Origin: Octopus vulgaris
Lineage: Eukaryota
Length of the DNA stretch: 64,000 nt
Direction of reading: 5' to 3'
NCBI GenBank assembly: GCA_951406725.2
Contig: OX597819.1
Coordinates: 78,058,001 to 78,122,000 of the forward strand
Part shown: in pieces, positions 29,922 to 43,398 of the stretch
How positions within the stretch are numbered: the first letter of the stretch is position 1
Layout of the letters: every line of letters begins with the position of its first letter
Translations under genes and position numbers: made by a program
Notes under the pieces: generated by a model
Told to the model about the DNA's origin: nothing
Database searches by the model: none
What the model saw: the letters and a program-made list of their open reading frames with translations, nothing else

Positions 29922-29960
<39 letters not shown>

Positions 29961-30122
29961 CGGGCTTCTTTCAGTTTCCGTCTACCAAATCCACTCACAA
30001 GGCTTTGGTCGGCCCGAGGCTATAGTAGAGCACACTTGCCCAAGGTGTCACACAGTCGGACTGAACCCGTAACCATGTGGTTGGGAAGCAAGCTACTTAC
30101 CGCACAGCCACTCCTACGCCTA
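29342..30122 (-). mobile_element. SINE family B with a ~300-bp insert in its internal (TA)n
   Basis: Head at 30122, tail at 29342; insert 29621-29925. Confidence 0.88.
29621..29827. repeat. Near-perfect zero-spacer palindrome (~103-bp arms)
   Basis: Centre GAAAA|TTTTC at 29723/29724; arms differ only in one T/A homopolymer stretch. Confidence 0.95.
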
Positions 30123-30319
30123 TTGGTTGGTTCCATTTTCATCCGTTTCTAATATATTTGTTTGTTGTCGTAACGTTCTGTGAGAGGATGGGATCAGTAA
30201 AAATTGGGGAGGCGGTTTGAAGGAAGGGATGAGGGAAGTGGAAGTGGCTAAAATTTCAGGCTGAAATCGAAAGGAAAAGCAACACTCCCTAACGAAAGAA
30301 CGAGTGAACGAAATAACTA

Positions 30320-30760
30320 ATGATCCTTTCTATTATAGACACAACGCCTGAAATTTTGGTGGGAAGGGGGTCAGTCGATTACATCGACCCCAGTGTTTTA
30401 CTGGTACTTATTTTGTCGATCCCGAAAGGATGAAAGGAAAAGTCGACCTCGGCGGAATTTGAACTCAACATAGCGACGGGCAAACTACCACTAAGCAGTT
30501 CATCCAGCGTGCTAACGATTCTGCCAGCTCACCGCCTTAATAATAATAATAATCCTTTCTATTATAGGCACAAGGCCTGAAGTTTTGGGGGAGGGGACTA
30601 ATCGATTACATTGACCGCAGAATTTCACTGGTATTTAATTTATCTACCCTGAAAGGATGAAAAGCAAATTCGACCTCGGCTGAAATTGAACTCAGAACTT
30701 AGCGGCAGACTAAATGGCGCTACGCATTTCGCCCGGCGTGCTAACGACTCGCCGCCTTGA
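30320..30760 (-). mobile_element. Two tandem family A SINEs separated by (AAT)n
   Basis: Copies at 30320-30540 and 30552-30760. Confidence 0.85.
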
Positions 30761-30789
30761 TAATGGCAGCCACATCTAAATCAAGCTAC

Positions 30790-31920
30790 CTGAGATCATT
30801 GAGCAAGTGACTTTGCTTCCAAATTGGTTTCAGACCACGCACATTCACACACCCCATTCTCAATCATGGGGTGTGTGCACAGTATTGTTAGTTGGAGAAA
30901 GAAAAGGAGGAGGTTACTCACCTGAATTTTCGAGAAGCCTGGAAGTTCCAGGTTTCTCAACCGGCGAAAAGTTTTTAAAAGGCCCTTTTTGGTTTGGGTG
31001 GTCAGTTTGGGATGTATAGTATTCAGGAGAAGCTTGCTTTTCCGTTGCAACTGGGGATAGACTCCTTCTTTGTCTTGGTTTGAGAGTGGGTGGATGCGTG
31101 GGTGTCGGTGTAGGTGTAGGAATTTTGAACACTTGTTCATGATTTTTCGTTTGTTGTGTTTGTAGTGTTGGAAGTAGTGGGAATTTAGTTTTTCTTGTTT
31201 CAGGACAGAAAGCCTTTAAGTGAGTTACAGATCCACATATGTGGAATCTTGGCTTTCTACCCTCCGCTAACACTGACAAGTGAATACCATTCGAGGATCG
31301 ATTAGATCGGGTAGCTGGTCGATATGGTCCTGCTTACGTTGTAAGGTCAGTTCCATACCTATACCTGACCAGTTTTGCTTAGGTATTTTCTTGACCGCCA
31401 ACATTGTTACTTCGTCTTCTTCTAAGCCTGCAAAGACGGTCGCAACTAACCAGGTGATGGGTATTTCTGGCGGTACATTCGACACCCTAATCTTGGCAAG
31501 GCGTCGGTCGCGATAGCTCGGGATTAAGAAGTTTTCATTCCTCCAAGCGGTCGCAGAATGACACCGAGTTTCTTCTTCTGTCCCAAATCTCACCTCAATA
31601 GTTCCAAACTTCTTTCCTCGGGTGATGTGGGTCTTCTGTTCCCACACGCGCCCGAGGCATTTTGTATTTCGCTCTCAGGTGCATTTTCCGCCCGACGTGA
31701 CTTAACTCCGATGCAGCGGTATGTGACCGTGTATCTTGAGCTATCCTCTATCACGTCAGATGGAGGGTTTAGAGCTACCCTTTTCCCATTTCTTTTTACA
31801 ATTTTCCTGGCCATTTTTAGATCGTCTTCATCTATGCGGAAATCTTCCAAATTTCTCGCTGCAATCGCAAAAGAAGCCTGCTTTGCAGCAAGGCCGTTGT
31901 GGAAGCGATGGAAGTGGTAA
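30790..31920 (-). pseudogene. Frameshifted ORF1 (gag-like) of an L1/Tx1-type LINE
   Basis: KKFGTIEVRF...LAKIRVSNVPPEIPITWLVA (RRM-like) followed by a knuckle-like [F]HICGSVTHLKAFCP (first Cys lost), split across frames. Confidence 0.6.
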
Positions 31921-32377
31921 TATTCACGTTTCTAAATTTCACTTTGTTAGTATTGTTGTTGCTGTTGTTAATGTTGCTGCTGCTGTTGTTGTTGTCGTTG
32001 TCGCTGTCGTTGTCGTCACCGAAAATTTTGACGTTGCTTAGAGATGAAACAGTATTCGCCTCGGTGACGTCATTAAGTTTAAAGCATTCTACATTTTTTT
32101 GTTCTCATTTTTCTCCGACGAGGAATGCGTCTCTTTGTCGAACATTATGATGGCTTCTTTAACTGAATAATGAAAACAGCAAAATATTTTTTTCCGAAAG
32201 TGGTTAAGATTAAAAAAATATTGATTCGCACCCCACTGCAAAACATTGAGTGTTTCAACACAAAAATACTATCTACACAGTCCAGACAATCACAAAACTG
32301 CAATAGTAACAATAAAATGTAAACACGGGGTCTCGGAAGGCCGAAAAGATTACAAACACTATTTCAACTTACGGAGC

Positions 32378-32840
32378 TCCTACAGCAAATATTCTACTCA
32401 ATACCACAGATTGGCTTGTCAACTGTTTAACTTTAACCAGTTGAGCATGTCCCTTAGTGGTTGACGATATGTGCATTACTGATCACGAGCAGAAGTAGTG
32501 GGGTGGCATCATAGCCATGTGTTGAAAGGAATTCTTAGAAGTTTGGATAATTCATCTTTGGAAATATGGGTGTTTCGTTCAACATCCTTAAACAACCCTT
32601 ATTTAGGGATCTTTTGAGCAGGATGGGCTACTCAATCTGAAGAAAATTCTAACTGGGCCCCACTTGCAAGGCCATGCGTTGTTTATCTTGATATGAGCTC
32701 ACCATGTCGCGCACATATGGTTGTGACGCATGTGCCTGGTGTACCCTTATCAGACGGGTAGTCATGATGGGTATACTAGGCTTCGTATATTTTAACACAG
32801 CGTCACTTTGATGGCATGCACTGCGCTCTCACTCAATAAT
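32378..32840 (+). mobile_element. Family D repeat, 3' part ending in (AAT)n
   Basis: Overlaps the other D copies and extends to CTCTCACTC-AATAAT. Confidence 0.8.
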
Positions 32841-32846
32841 AAAAAA

Positions 32847-32890
<44 letters not shown>

Positions 32891-33129
32891 GTCAATGGCC
32901 CAGCATGGCTGCAGTTCAATGACGGAGGCCAGTAAAATAATAACTACGACGACGATGACGTCAACAGCAACAACAACAACATCAGCAATAGTCTCAGAAG
33001 TTGACATTTGTGTCTGCCGGAGAGAGATGGAGTGGGGAAAGGGGTGAGAGAGAGGATGGAGAGGATGGAGAGGGGGAAGAAAGCGAAACAGATAGATGGA
33101 CTCACAGACAGACAGATAGTCAGACAGAC

Positions 33130-33217
<88 letters not shown>

Positions 33218-33736
33218 GAAAGAAGGCGAGACACAGATGAGAACCTGACAAGTCGAAACAGTGTAAGTTCATGAGAAAATATGGCTTTTTTTAACGAACG
33301 GCCATTCTGTATTTAAATCAGCATTTGTAAAACAACAGCAAAACCGTACAAAATATTCAAGAATAAAAAAATACTGTAATCTTTGCTAATCTTAACTGTT
33401 CAGAACAAACAATTAGTGCATGTATTATATGCAGCGTTTTTCAACAACCTCCACCCATTTGACTTGCAAACGGGTATACATTTAAAACTTAAAGTTAAAT
33501 GCTTGCTGTGAGACAAACGCGATATTTAACTCTTCCTGCTGTGTTTTAAGGAAGGTTGTCTAGGTTTTTTTGTTAAGAAAAATTCAACTGCTTTTCCCAT
33601 TATTAGTAAAATTGTCAGGGCGTCGGATAAAATGCGTCTCAACATTTATTCCAACTCTTTAAGTTTTATATTTAAAACCCGCTGAAGTCAGCTTTGTCTT
33701 TCTGATAAAAGTAATCAGTAAACTATAAAGTAAATA

Positions 33737-34068
33737 CTCCCTTCGGTCGTGAATGACCATGGGATTGCACCTACAAATTTATCCTCCTAGGTACAAGTCC
33801 GAGCAAGGTTGTTTATGGAGGACCAGCAGTTGCCCATGCATACCCGTCTCCCTTCTCCATGCCACTGATGTTATCGAAGGGAAAGGCAAAGGCCGATACA
33901 GCTTGGCACCAGTGACGTCGCAACTCATTTCTACAGCTGAGTGAACCAGAGCAACGTGAAATAAAGTGCCTTGCTCAAGAGCACAACATACAGCCCGATC
34001 CGGGAATAGAACTCACTACCTCATGATTGTGATCGCGATGTTCTAACCAACGAGCCGTGCGCCTTCAC
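33737..34068 (-). mobile_element. SINE family C, full length
   Basis: Colinear with 43397-43728. Confidence 0.88.
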
Positions 34069-34144
34069 ATAAACTAAAGTAACAGCTAAATACTTGGGTC
34101 GATACACTCCACTGTTTTCTCCTCGATAAATTTTTTTACTAATG

Positions 34145-34655
34145 CGACGAGCTGACAGAGTCGCTATCACCACGAAAAAAATGCTTGGCAGCATATCTTC
34201 CGGCTTTACGTGGAGGTCGACTTTGCCTGTCACAACTTTTTGGGGTCGATGAACTAAGTACCAGTCGAGCACAGGAGTGGATATAATCGACTAGCCCCTT
34301 CTACCAAAATTTCGGATTCTGGCCCTTAGTAGATGGATTATATTTTCTCTAGGGTGAAAAAAAAATGGTCTGTTTTTAAGTATGTTGATACTTCCATATT
34401 CTGCAAACAGTATCTACTCTGGCATTCCGTCGGTTACGACGATGAGTGTTCCAGCTGCAGGGAGAATAAGCGTGACACAGAATGTGACAAGGCTGGCCTT
34501 TTGAATTACAGGTACTATTCATTTTTTCCAGCTGAGCAGACTGGAGCAACGTGAAGTAAAGTGTCTCCTTCAAAGACACAATGCGCCGACGGGAATCGAA
34601 CTCACGACCTTACGATCGTAAGCCGAATACCCTAACAACCAAGCCACGCGCATTC
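34145..34655. mobile_element. Family A SINE (+, 34145-34330) and family C-head SINE (-, about 34420-34655)
   Basis: Shared blocks with the other copies; the second shares its tail with 54290-54605. Confidence 0.7.
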
Positions 34656-35149
34656 ACTAGTGTTTACTAGAAATTTGAGAGAAGGAGTCACTTAGTTATA
34701 TGGAATTCGAATCCCAGTTCTTAACTGGTGCTACATTTTATCAACACTGGCAGGTTTAGAACCTAGAACGCAAGATCAGAAACAAATGCCAGAAATTATC
34801 TCAGACGCTTTCACGACTCTTCCATTTCAATGTATTCTAATTGCTTCTAACGTAAGCACAGGGTCTTCAATTTTGGTGATTGGGGTTCAATTGATAACAT
34901 TGACTCTTGTACTTGACTGGTACTTCAGACCTCGTAAGAATGAAACGCACAGATGATCGTGGTAGAATTTGAGCGGATAGAGCTCTAAAGATTCTGCCAG
35001 TTCACCGCCCCACTAGTACAGTGGTTCTCAACCATTTTGCACCTGTCGAACCCTTTGATTCTAATTTTACTCGGGTGTGGCGGGATCCTCATAGCATATT
35101 TTTAAAAATCCCATTATATTCTCATAATTAGATATTAGGAATTCTATTT

Positions 35150-35545
35150 TAACCTTTTATCTTTATACTTGATTCAGTCATTAGACTGCGGCCATGCAGG
35201 AGCACCGGCTTCAAGAATTTATATCGAACAAATCGACCTCAATACTTATTCTATCCTGGTATTTATTCTATCCGCCTCTTTTGCCGAACTGCTTAGTTAC
35301 GGGGACGTAAACACACCAACAATGATTGTCAAGTGGCAGTGGGGGATAAACACAAACATAAACACATGGCATGCACGCACGCGCACACACATGCCTAAGA
35401 CGGGCTTCTTTCAGTTTCCGTATACCAAATCCACTCTCAAGGCTTTGGTCCGCCCGAGGCTATAGTAGAAGACACTTGCCCAAGGTTCCACGCATTGGGA
35501 CTCAACTCGGAACAACACAACCACGCCTGCGCCGGTGGCCACGCC
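35150..35545 (-). mobile_element. SINE family B
   Basis: Colinear with 56267-56671. Confidence 0.82.
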
Positions 35546-35679
35546 TGTTCAACAGGAGTATGTCTTCCACTCTGAATATGTAAATATGCGTATGTTCGCT
35601 TACATACACATGTGTGTGTTTGTGTGGTTGTGCGCCATGCATGCATGTATATATGTATGCATACATACATATAGATACA

Positions 35680-36972
35680 CACAGGCTGCGATGGGTAAAC
35701 TGTCCCTATTTTATATTTTTAATTTAACGCATGCGCATTGTTTGTTTTTAATTTTGCCCCTAATACGGTATAGTATGGTCAGATGGGCACTGTGTAAGGA
35801 AAACAGCACCATTTTGTAATTCACTCTGCCAGAATTTTGGAAACGACATGATGTATTGCTTGGCATTCGCGCTGGAAGCTCCAATACGAGCATTTCAGAA
35901 TGTTCGGGTTTCAATCTGAGGACAGTGCGGAGGATTCGGAAAGAGTTGGATGAGTTTGATGGCGATTACGAAGATACAGCTGGTCGGAAAACGAACTTTG
36001 ATCGTTCTAAGAAAAGAACTCCTGAATTAGTTGGTGCGATCCAGGTCATGATTGAGAACGATTCCTCTCAGCCAATCAGGTCCATCGCCAGGAACATAGG
36101 AGTGTTTGAATTTCGTATCAGGTAGTTAATACATGAAGACATTCAGTATTCCTCATACAAGATGAGAAAGGGCCAATTTTTATCCCAAGCCATCAAGGAC
36201 AAGAGGAAAGACCGCGCTGCGAAGCTTGTGAACGAAATGAAGCAACTTCTTTAACCGAAGATGCTTCGGTTTTTCTCAGTCGAGAAAAATTTCTACCTGG
36301 ATCAGATGGTGAACACAGAAAAACCGTTGGCTGGCCGTGTCACCAAAACATGTACCGAGTGTGATAAAAATCAAACATCCAGTCAACATCATGGTGTTTG
36401 GGGTGATCACTAGTGGTAGCGACGTTATGCCTCCATTCAACTTTCCACATGGCATCAGAATCAACACGGAGGCCAACATCAAGTGCCTGGAGGAGGTAGT
36501 GCTGCCCTGGATCAAGAGTGTGGCTACTAGAAGACCCAATGTCTAGCAACAGGGCTCTGCACCATGCCACACAAGCAGGAGAACCCAGTCATAGCTGTCA
36601 GGCAATTTCTGTGACCACATCACCCCTAACATCTGGCTACCTAACTCTCCAGAGTGCAACTCCCCTTGATATTGTGTGTGGGGCGCAGTTCAGCGAGAGA
36701 CCAACAGAACTTGTAACACTAAAGATCAACTGAAGGCAAGGATTATGGCAGAATTCATTAACTTAAACAAGGAGACTGTCCAGAAGAGTTGCAGGAGATC
36801 CCGAAGTCGTCTGGAGACCGTGGTTGAAGTCAATAGCAATTTCATTGAATAAATTTACTCTTTAGTATTTCAAGATATTTTAATGTAATTTTGGTAAATA
36901 AATCTGTTAAAATGAAATGTCAGTGCTATTTTCATTTTTGCGTGATTTAGATGACAATTTATTCACCGCATA
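35680..36972 (+). mobile_element. Decayed Tc1/mariner transposon, DD37D (maT-type) spacing
   Basis: HTH-like N-terminus (ISECSGFNLRTVRRIRKEL); MVFGVITSG; QQ[G]SAPCHT...IWLPNSPECN-PLD after a 1-bp frameshift gives 37 residues between the 2nd and 3rd catalytic positions; imperfect TIRs GCGATGGGTAAACTGTC / GACAATTTATTCACCGC. Confidence 0.8.
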
Positions 36973-37024
36973 TGTTTGTGTGTGTGTGTGCTTGTATATA
37001 TATATATATATATACATACATACA

Positions 37025-38498
37025 TACTTTGATACTTTGATAGGTTTCGGCCATTATTGGCCCAGGTCATGTCTAACTTAATAGCACCACCTGGTGAAGT
37101 CTTTCAAGTCAGAATTTGGGCACTATGGCCCACTCAAGTAGAGAGTTATTGTTTACAGAGACATATCCGGGTGTAGGAGGTTTATCCGGGATTTCTTGAA
37201 GGAATCTGTCCAAAGACTTCTTAAACCCTATAGGGTCTGTTTCTGTTTTAATGTGTTTTGGTGTAATGTTAAAGAGAGCGGGGCCAATTGAGGTGAAATA
37301 ATTGTGCCGTATTGTTATTATGAGATGAGAGTGCGATTTTTGTTGTGGGCGGATGGCACGGGGCCCAAGCCTTGGATGTACCTTAAAGGTGATGCCAACA
37401 TCATTTGGGCAATGCCGATGGAATATTTTCCACATCATGCAGATGATGTAGCGCTCACGGCGACGTTGGAGAGAATAAAGTTTTAGCTTTTCTAGAGTAC
37501 CCCAATAGTCGAGGCCTGTCATGCCATCTATCTTTTTTGTGATTGACCTTTGAGGTGCTTCAACTTTTATGATACTTTTGTGTGGGGAGACCACAGTGGA
37601 CAACAGTATTCAAGGTGGGGTCGGGCAAAAGTGGAGAAGAGAAGGATAATGGTGTGGATATCTCTCGACTGGAAAGTTCTGAGAATCCAGGAACACATTC
37701 TGCGGGCCATGTCAACTTTGGTGTTTATATGAGTGGTCCAGCTTATGTTGTTGTCCACAATTACTCCCAAGAATCTGATGTTGTTGGATGTCACGAGAGT
37801 TTCACCTGAAGGAAGGGAGTATGGGAGTTTCAGGGCATCCTCTTTTCCAAAGTGGATTAACTCGAATTTATTGTTCTTTTCTGCCCATTGGATAACAGCC
37901 AGTAGATCTGACTGAAGGCATGTTCGGTCACTCGCCTCATTTATGACCTTCTGGAGCTTGGAATCATCTGCAAAGATTTTTATGTTGCTGTGCTTGATGA
38001 TGTCATTAATGTCATTAATGTAGATGATGAAAAGAAGTGGGCCCAGCACAGTGCCTTGCGGAACGCCACTACTGACTTTGGCTGGGCTTGATTTTACTCC
38101 TTTAACTACAACATGTTGAGATCTGTCTGTCAGGAAACACTTGATCCATTTCAACAACTTTCCAGAGACACCAATGTTGGATAGTTTTTTCAATAGGATC
38201 TTGTGATCAACCCTGTCGAAGGCCTCGCTGAAATCAAGGTAGATGACATCGGTGTTGGAGCCCTCTCCCAAAGCTCTCAAAATGTCATCAAAGTGATGCA
38301 GGAGCTACGTTAGGCAGTCCCTTCCATTACGGAACCCATGTTGGTTAGAGATCAGCCGTCTGTTGCTTTCCAGAAATTGGGTTATTCGAGATCTCACCAC
38401 CCTCTCAAATACCTTGATGATATGAGAGGTGAGTGAGATTGGACGGTAGTTCACTGCAAGGGACTTGTTTCCCTTTTTGAAAACTGGGACAACAGACA
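37025..38498 (-). mobile_element. 5'-truncated CR1/L2-group LINE (RT and 3' end)
   Basis: NYRPISLTSHIIKVFE, QHGFR, DVIYLDFSEAFDRVDH, SGVPQGTVLGPLLF, IFADDSKL, RPHLEYCCPLWSP, LYSLQRRRERY; few disablements; tail (TATCAAAG)2 joined to (TATG)n. Confidence 0.92.
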
Positions 38499-38499
38499 T

Positions 38500-38738
38500 G
38501 TATATGTTTGAATTTATGTATGTAGGTATGTATATTTGAAGATATGTATGTATGCGTTTGTATTTGTGTATGCACTCATGAATTTATATAGACATACCTG
38601 TAAGTGCATGTATATGTACACATACGTGTACAAATATATATTTATATATGAATACATGTACTGATATATATATGTGTGTGTGTGTCTGTGTGTGTGTGCC
38701 TGAGTGCCTGTATGAATGTGTAAATAGACATTTGAGGA

Positions 38739-38780
<42 letters not shown>

Positions 38781-38957
38781 CACAAACACACACACATATA
38801 TTTATATACAAATCTCTCAGTCTGTTTATCCCTCTATCTATTTATCTTTCTATGTATCAAACTATCTATCTAAATACATGTGTGTGTATGTGTGCGTGTA
38901 TATATATTGATAGATAGATAGATCTATGTATATATATATATATGTATATATGTATGA

Positions 38958-39030
<73 letters not shown>

Positions 39031-39240
39031 CGTATGTATGTAGATATACACAAGAGCGTGTGCGTACATGTATATACATTTATGCATATATATATATATA
39101 CACACATACATACATACATACTTACATACATACATGCATACATACATATATATACACATACACATGTACATATATGTGCGTGTATGTTTGTGCCATTGAG
39201 AGAGTGTGAATATGAATGCGCGCGCGTGTGTATGTAACTC
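38500..39240. repeat. Compound (TATG)n/(TG)n/(CT)n/(TA)n microsatellites
   Basis: Direct inspection. Confidence 0.9.
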
Positions 39241-39438
39241 CCGCGGCGCAAGAGCAGGTGGCATTAAATGATTTGTGAAACGTATGACATGGCTGTCTTG
39301 TTTTACGTTCATCAATCTTTCAGTATACCCCAGTAGAGTCGTTTTAAATGGTATATTTCACAAATTTCAGATTCCTTTGTAAAGAAGCCGAAAGGAAGTT
39401 GGTTAAGAAAAGACCATATAACCATATAAATAAACAGA

Positions 39439-39489
<51 letters not shown>

Positions 39490-39724
39490 ATACATAAATA
39501 AATAGAGCAGTTCTGTTTTTTTTTTTTTTTTTTTTTTTGAAAAGCTCTTTTGTTAAAATGATGTCCTTGAGAAAAGTTATGAATGTCACCGTGCCTCGTA
39601 GGCGTGTAGATTGAAATTAAAGAGCATCTGCGTTGAGTGATGCTTGAAGGGTGTGAAAGATAAGATGTACAATAGTTGCAATTGTAGTATCATTTTGGTC
39701 TCTCTGTATACCCCCCTCTTCCCC

Positions 39725-39755
<31 letters not shown>

Positions 39756-40129
39756 AACATAACACGCACGGAGATCACTTTGGCTTAGTCCAATTCGGTT
39801 TCTACTAGATGTTTTTCTTAGTTGTTGCTGCTGTTGTTGTTGTTGTTGTTGTTGTTAAGCAACAATACGGGTAAGGGTGATTAGGTGATGGTCTAGGGCT
39901 TAGGGGGAAGGAGACCCCAGACCTTGGAAAAAAAAAACTTTGGTCGTCTTGTTGTAGTCGAGGGCTCTTCGTTGACGCCCGACACCACTGGGAGGTGGCC
40001 TCGAAGTCGCTGGAAATGGAAATCTCCAGGTCCAAATTCTTGAACGGCTATTGCTGCTGTTATTGTTTGTGCAGCTGCTGCTTCTTCTTCATCTTCTTCC
40101 TCTTCTTCTCCTTCTCCTTCTTCTTCCAA

Positions 40130-40595
40130 TCAGGACTCACACCATTAGCCACAAAGAATAATCTCTAATTCGAGCCTACTCTAAGCTACTGGAAACTTGA
40201 AGATCCACCCACCACACGCGATAGACTGGCGGTTGCACGGGCGCGAAGGCTACGTGGTTGTCCTCATTCCGTAAACGGTGGCTTTTAACGGGTGGAGAGC
40301 TGAACCATCCTGGAGTACAGAGGATTCGCAATCTAGACTAGGGTCTGAAAGTTTACCACACCATAGGGGGGTTACACCATGGTTCCTCTGCTTTGTGGCA
40401 GAGGTAGGAAGAAAGAGTGAGAGAAAGTTGTGGTGAAAGAGTACAGCCGGGTTCACAACCCCTTCCCGCCGGAGGCTCGTGGAGCTTAGGTGTTTTTGCT
40501 CAATAAACACTCACAATGCCCGGTCTGGGGATCGAAACCGCGTTCTTACGACCGCGAGTCCGTTGCCCTAATCACTGGGTCATTGCGCCTCCACG
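40130..40595 (-). mobile_element. SINE with the 103-290 head/body but a different ~270-bp tail
   Basis: 40400-40595 is the reverse complement of 103-290; 40130-40400 does not match 290-412. Confidence 0.75.
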
Positions 40596-40977
40596 CTACT
40601 GCTGCTGCTGTAATTGTTGTAATAGTTGTAGTTGTTGTTTAGTCTCCGCTCAACCTGTCTAAGCCGGCTTTTAATGGGAGGTATTCCAGCCGTAGCTGTA
40701 ATACCATCTTATCGTATATTTTGGATATTTCGACCAAGGTATTCGTCTTTTATATTTCTTAAGATGTTCCGTGTGATTTCAGGGAATTTGGCTATTATTT
40801 CGTTGGATCGTTGCTATTGTTGTTGTTGTTTTTGTTCTGGATGAAGATGATGGTGTTATTGTTGTCATTGTTGATAATGATTATGTCGTTTAGACCCAAG
40901 TTGACTTCAATCCTATACTGAATAGTTCCTTAGAATTTTGGTATTTGCAGTTGTTGTTGTTATAATTGTTATTATTA

Positions 40978-43318
40978 TTCAGTAGTTTTATTTTCATCAC
41001 GTGCTGTTACTGCACTACCAAGCGCAGCTCTGTGTGCTTTGGATATGTGCTGTGGTTTATCGTGCTCTTATTTTCATTGTATTGAAAGTGTTTTCCGTAG
41101 GACGTATGCAGTGCCTAGTAATGCTATTTTCTGTGCTATATGTACTTGTAAGTCCTGGTGTTTTTGTTATGTATTTGTCTGAATGTTTTGTTTTTTTTTA
41201 TCATACCTAACGCGCCTACTATGATGGGAATTGTTTCCATCTATAGTCTGTGACCTTTCTGTGACCTTTTCTGGCGTGTGCTTATACCATCTTTTTTATG
41301 TTGTTATTCCATAGTGTTGGTATAGCTTCCAGTGTATATAGGTCCCAACTCTGTCGTGTCTGTGAATATATTCCTTCTTAGCCAGCACTGGGCAACCAGA
41401 GACAATATGATTTATTGTTTCTTGTCCCTATCCACATATTCTGCAGTTACTTGTAATGCTTCTTTTCATTATATGTTTTTGGTAATTTCTGGTGGGGAGG
41501 CTTTGGTCTTATGCTGCAATTAAATATCCTTCAGTCTCTGCTTTGAGTCCTGAGCTTCTCAACCATTGTTGGGATTTTGCTTTGTCTATTTCTTTTGCGT
41601 TTAGTTTAGCTCTGTATTTGCCATAAAGGGGCTTTTCTTGCCATCGTTTTATCATGGTCCGTTTCTGTTCTAGTTTTAGTTTGGATTTCAATTGTTTTAC
41701 AGCTTTTGTTGTTTTTTCTTCTTCTTCATAGTTGCTAGGTATTATGAGTTCTTTTTTGTATTTCTCAGTTTTCTTAAAGACTGAAGATAGTTTTTTTTGT
41801 TTAGTTCGTGTTTTGTGGCTATTTGTGTGAGTTTTCCTTGCTTCTGAAGTAAGTATTCCTGTAGTCCTATGGTGGTTATTTTGTAATAGATTTCTTGCTG
41901 TATAAGGCCTCTGCCACCTTCAATACGTTGTATATATATAGCCTTTCTATGTCAGATTTTGGGAGGTGCATCCTAAATCCTGTCATTATTTGTCTTGTTT
42001 AAGGCGGCGAGCTGGCAGAAAAGTTAGCACACCGGGTGAAATGCTTAGCGGTATTTTGTCTGCCTTTTCGTTCTGAGTTCGGGGTCAATAAATTATGAAC
42101 CAGTTGCGTACTGGGGTCGATCTAATCGACTGTCCCCCTCCCCAAAAATTTCGTGCCTTGTGCCTAGAGTAGCAAAGATTATTTTTCTTGGTTTTCTATT
42201 TTGACAAGTTCATTTGAAGTCCAGTTAAGAAAGTTGTGGCTGTAACTTATAATTGGGACGGTTAGACGGTTGATACCGATTATCTTGTTTTTAGCATTGA
42301 GCTCTGTTTTCAGTATTAATCTACCTCGTCTATAATATTCCTTTTTTATCTTCTCTTTCATTTGTATCGTATAGTATCGTGTAGTACATTCATTCCTAAG
42401 TATGTGTATGTCTGGCCTTGGTCTAATCCTCTTATTTCATTTGCTTTATCTAGTGTGATGTTGCTACTCTTAACTAGTTTTCCTCTTTTCAAAGTTACTT
42501 GGCACATTTTTCTAAGCCAAATTTCATGTTTATTTCTTTGGTAAATCTATGTACTTTTTGCAGTAATGTTTTCAGCAGTAGCGTACAGTTTTAAATCATC
42601 CATATACAAGAGATTGCTGATTGTGTTGCCGCAACAGTTGTATCCACATCTAATCCTGTTTAGCATGTCAGATAGAAAAGGAGTGGAGAGAGCGTGTCAC
42701 CCTGTAATATTACTTTGGATTTTACAAGCCCCTCTTTTGTCTGGAGCTGTAGCACTGTCTGCCATTTGTTCATAAAATGTATAATATATTTTATGATTAT
42801 TGGTGCTACCTTGTTCATGGCTAGTGTTTCTAAGATCCATGTGTGGGGAATACTATCAAAAGCCTTTCGGCAATCGATCAAGGCCATACTTAGACCCTTC
42901 TTCTTCCTGCAGTTACGGCTTTATTGATCAGCAGCTGATCTTTACAGCCGTATGAGCCCTTGCAGTATCTTTTCTGTGCTTCTGGAAATAGGTTGTCTTT
43001 TACCAGATGTTTGCTCATTCTCTGCGATATTATAGCAGTAAAGGCAATTGTAAATTGTGGGGAGACAAGTTATCGGACTGTAATTCTGTGGATTTGGGAA
43101 TTAGGATAGTTTTCCCTTCTGTGAGCCATTCAGGCATTGCCTCTGGCTCTGCAAGCATTTCATTAAATTTCTCAGCCTGATTTTTATGCATTCCTCTTAG
43201 ATATTTTAATCAGAAGTTGGGGATCTTTTCCTACCCGGGTGCCATCCATTTGCTTAGTTTTTGCAGTGCTTGGGTGACCTCTTCAGTTGTTATAGGGCTC
43301 CAGAGTTGTATAATAAAC
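40978..43318 (-). mobile_element. R4/Dong-like RLE retrotransposon (subfamily c), decayed, internally deleted
   Basis: Colinear with 18150-20212; adds YSPITCLPTIY, KGSYGCKDQLLIN, IDCRKAFDSIPHTWI; lacks the segment matching about 18420-18630. Confidence 0.9.
42001..42177 (+). mobile_element. Family A SINE nested in the Dong-like LINE, ~16-bp TSD
   Basis: ATTATTTGTCTTGTTT (41985-42000) vs ATTATTTTTCTTGGTT (42178-42193), 14/16 match. Confidence 0.85.
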
Positions 43319-43319
43319 T

Positions 43320-43396
<77 letters not shown>

Positions 43397-43398
<2 letters not shown>

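Noticed and set aside
39870-40050. Possible LINE ORF1 5' fragment
   Set aside because: Too short, with no diagnostic motif.
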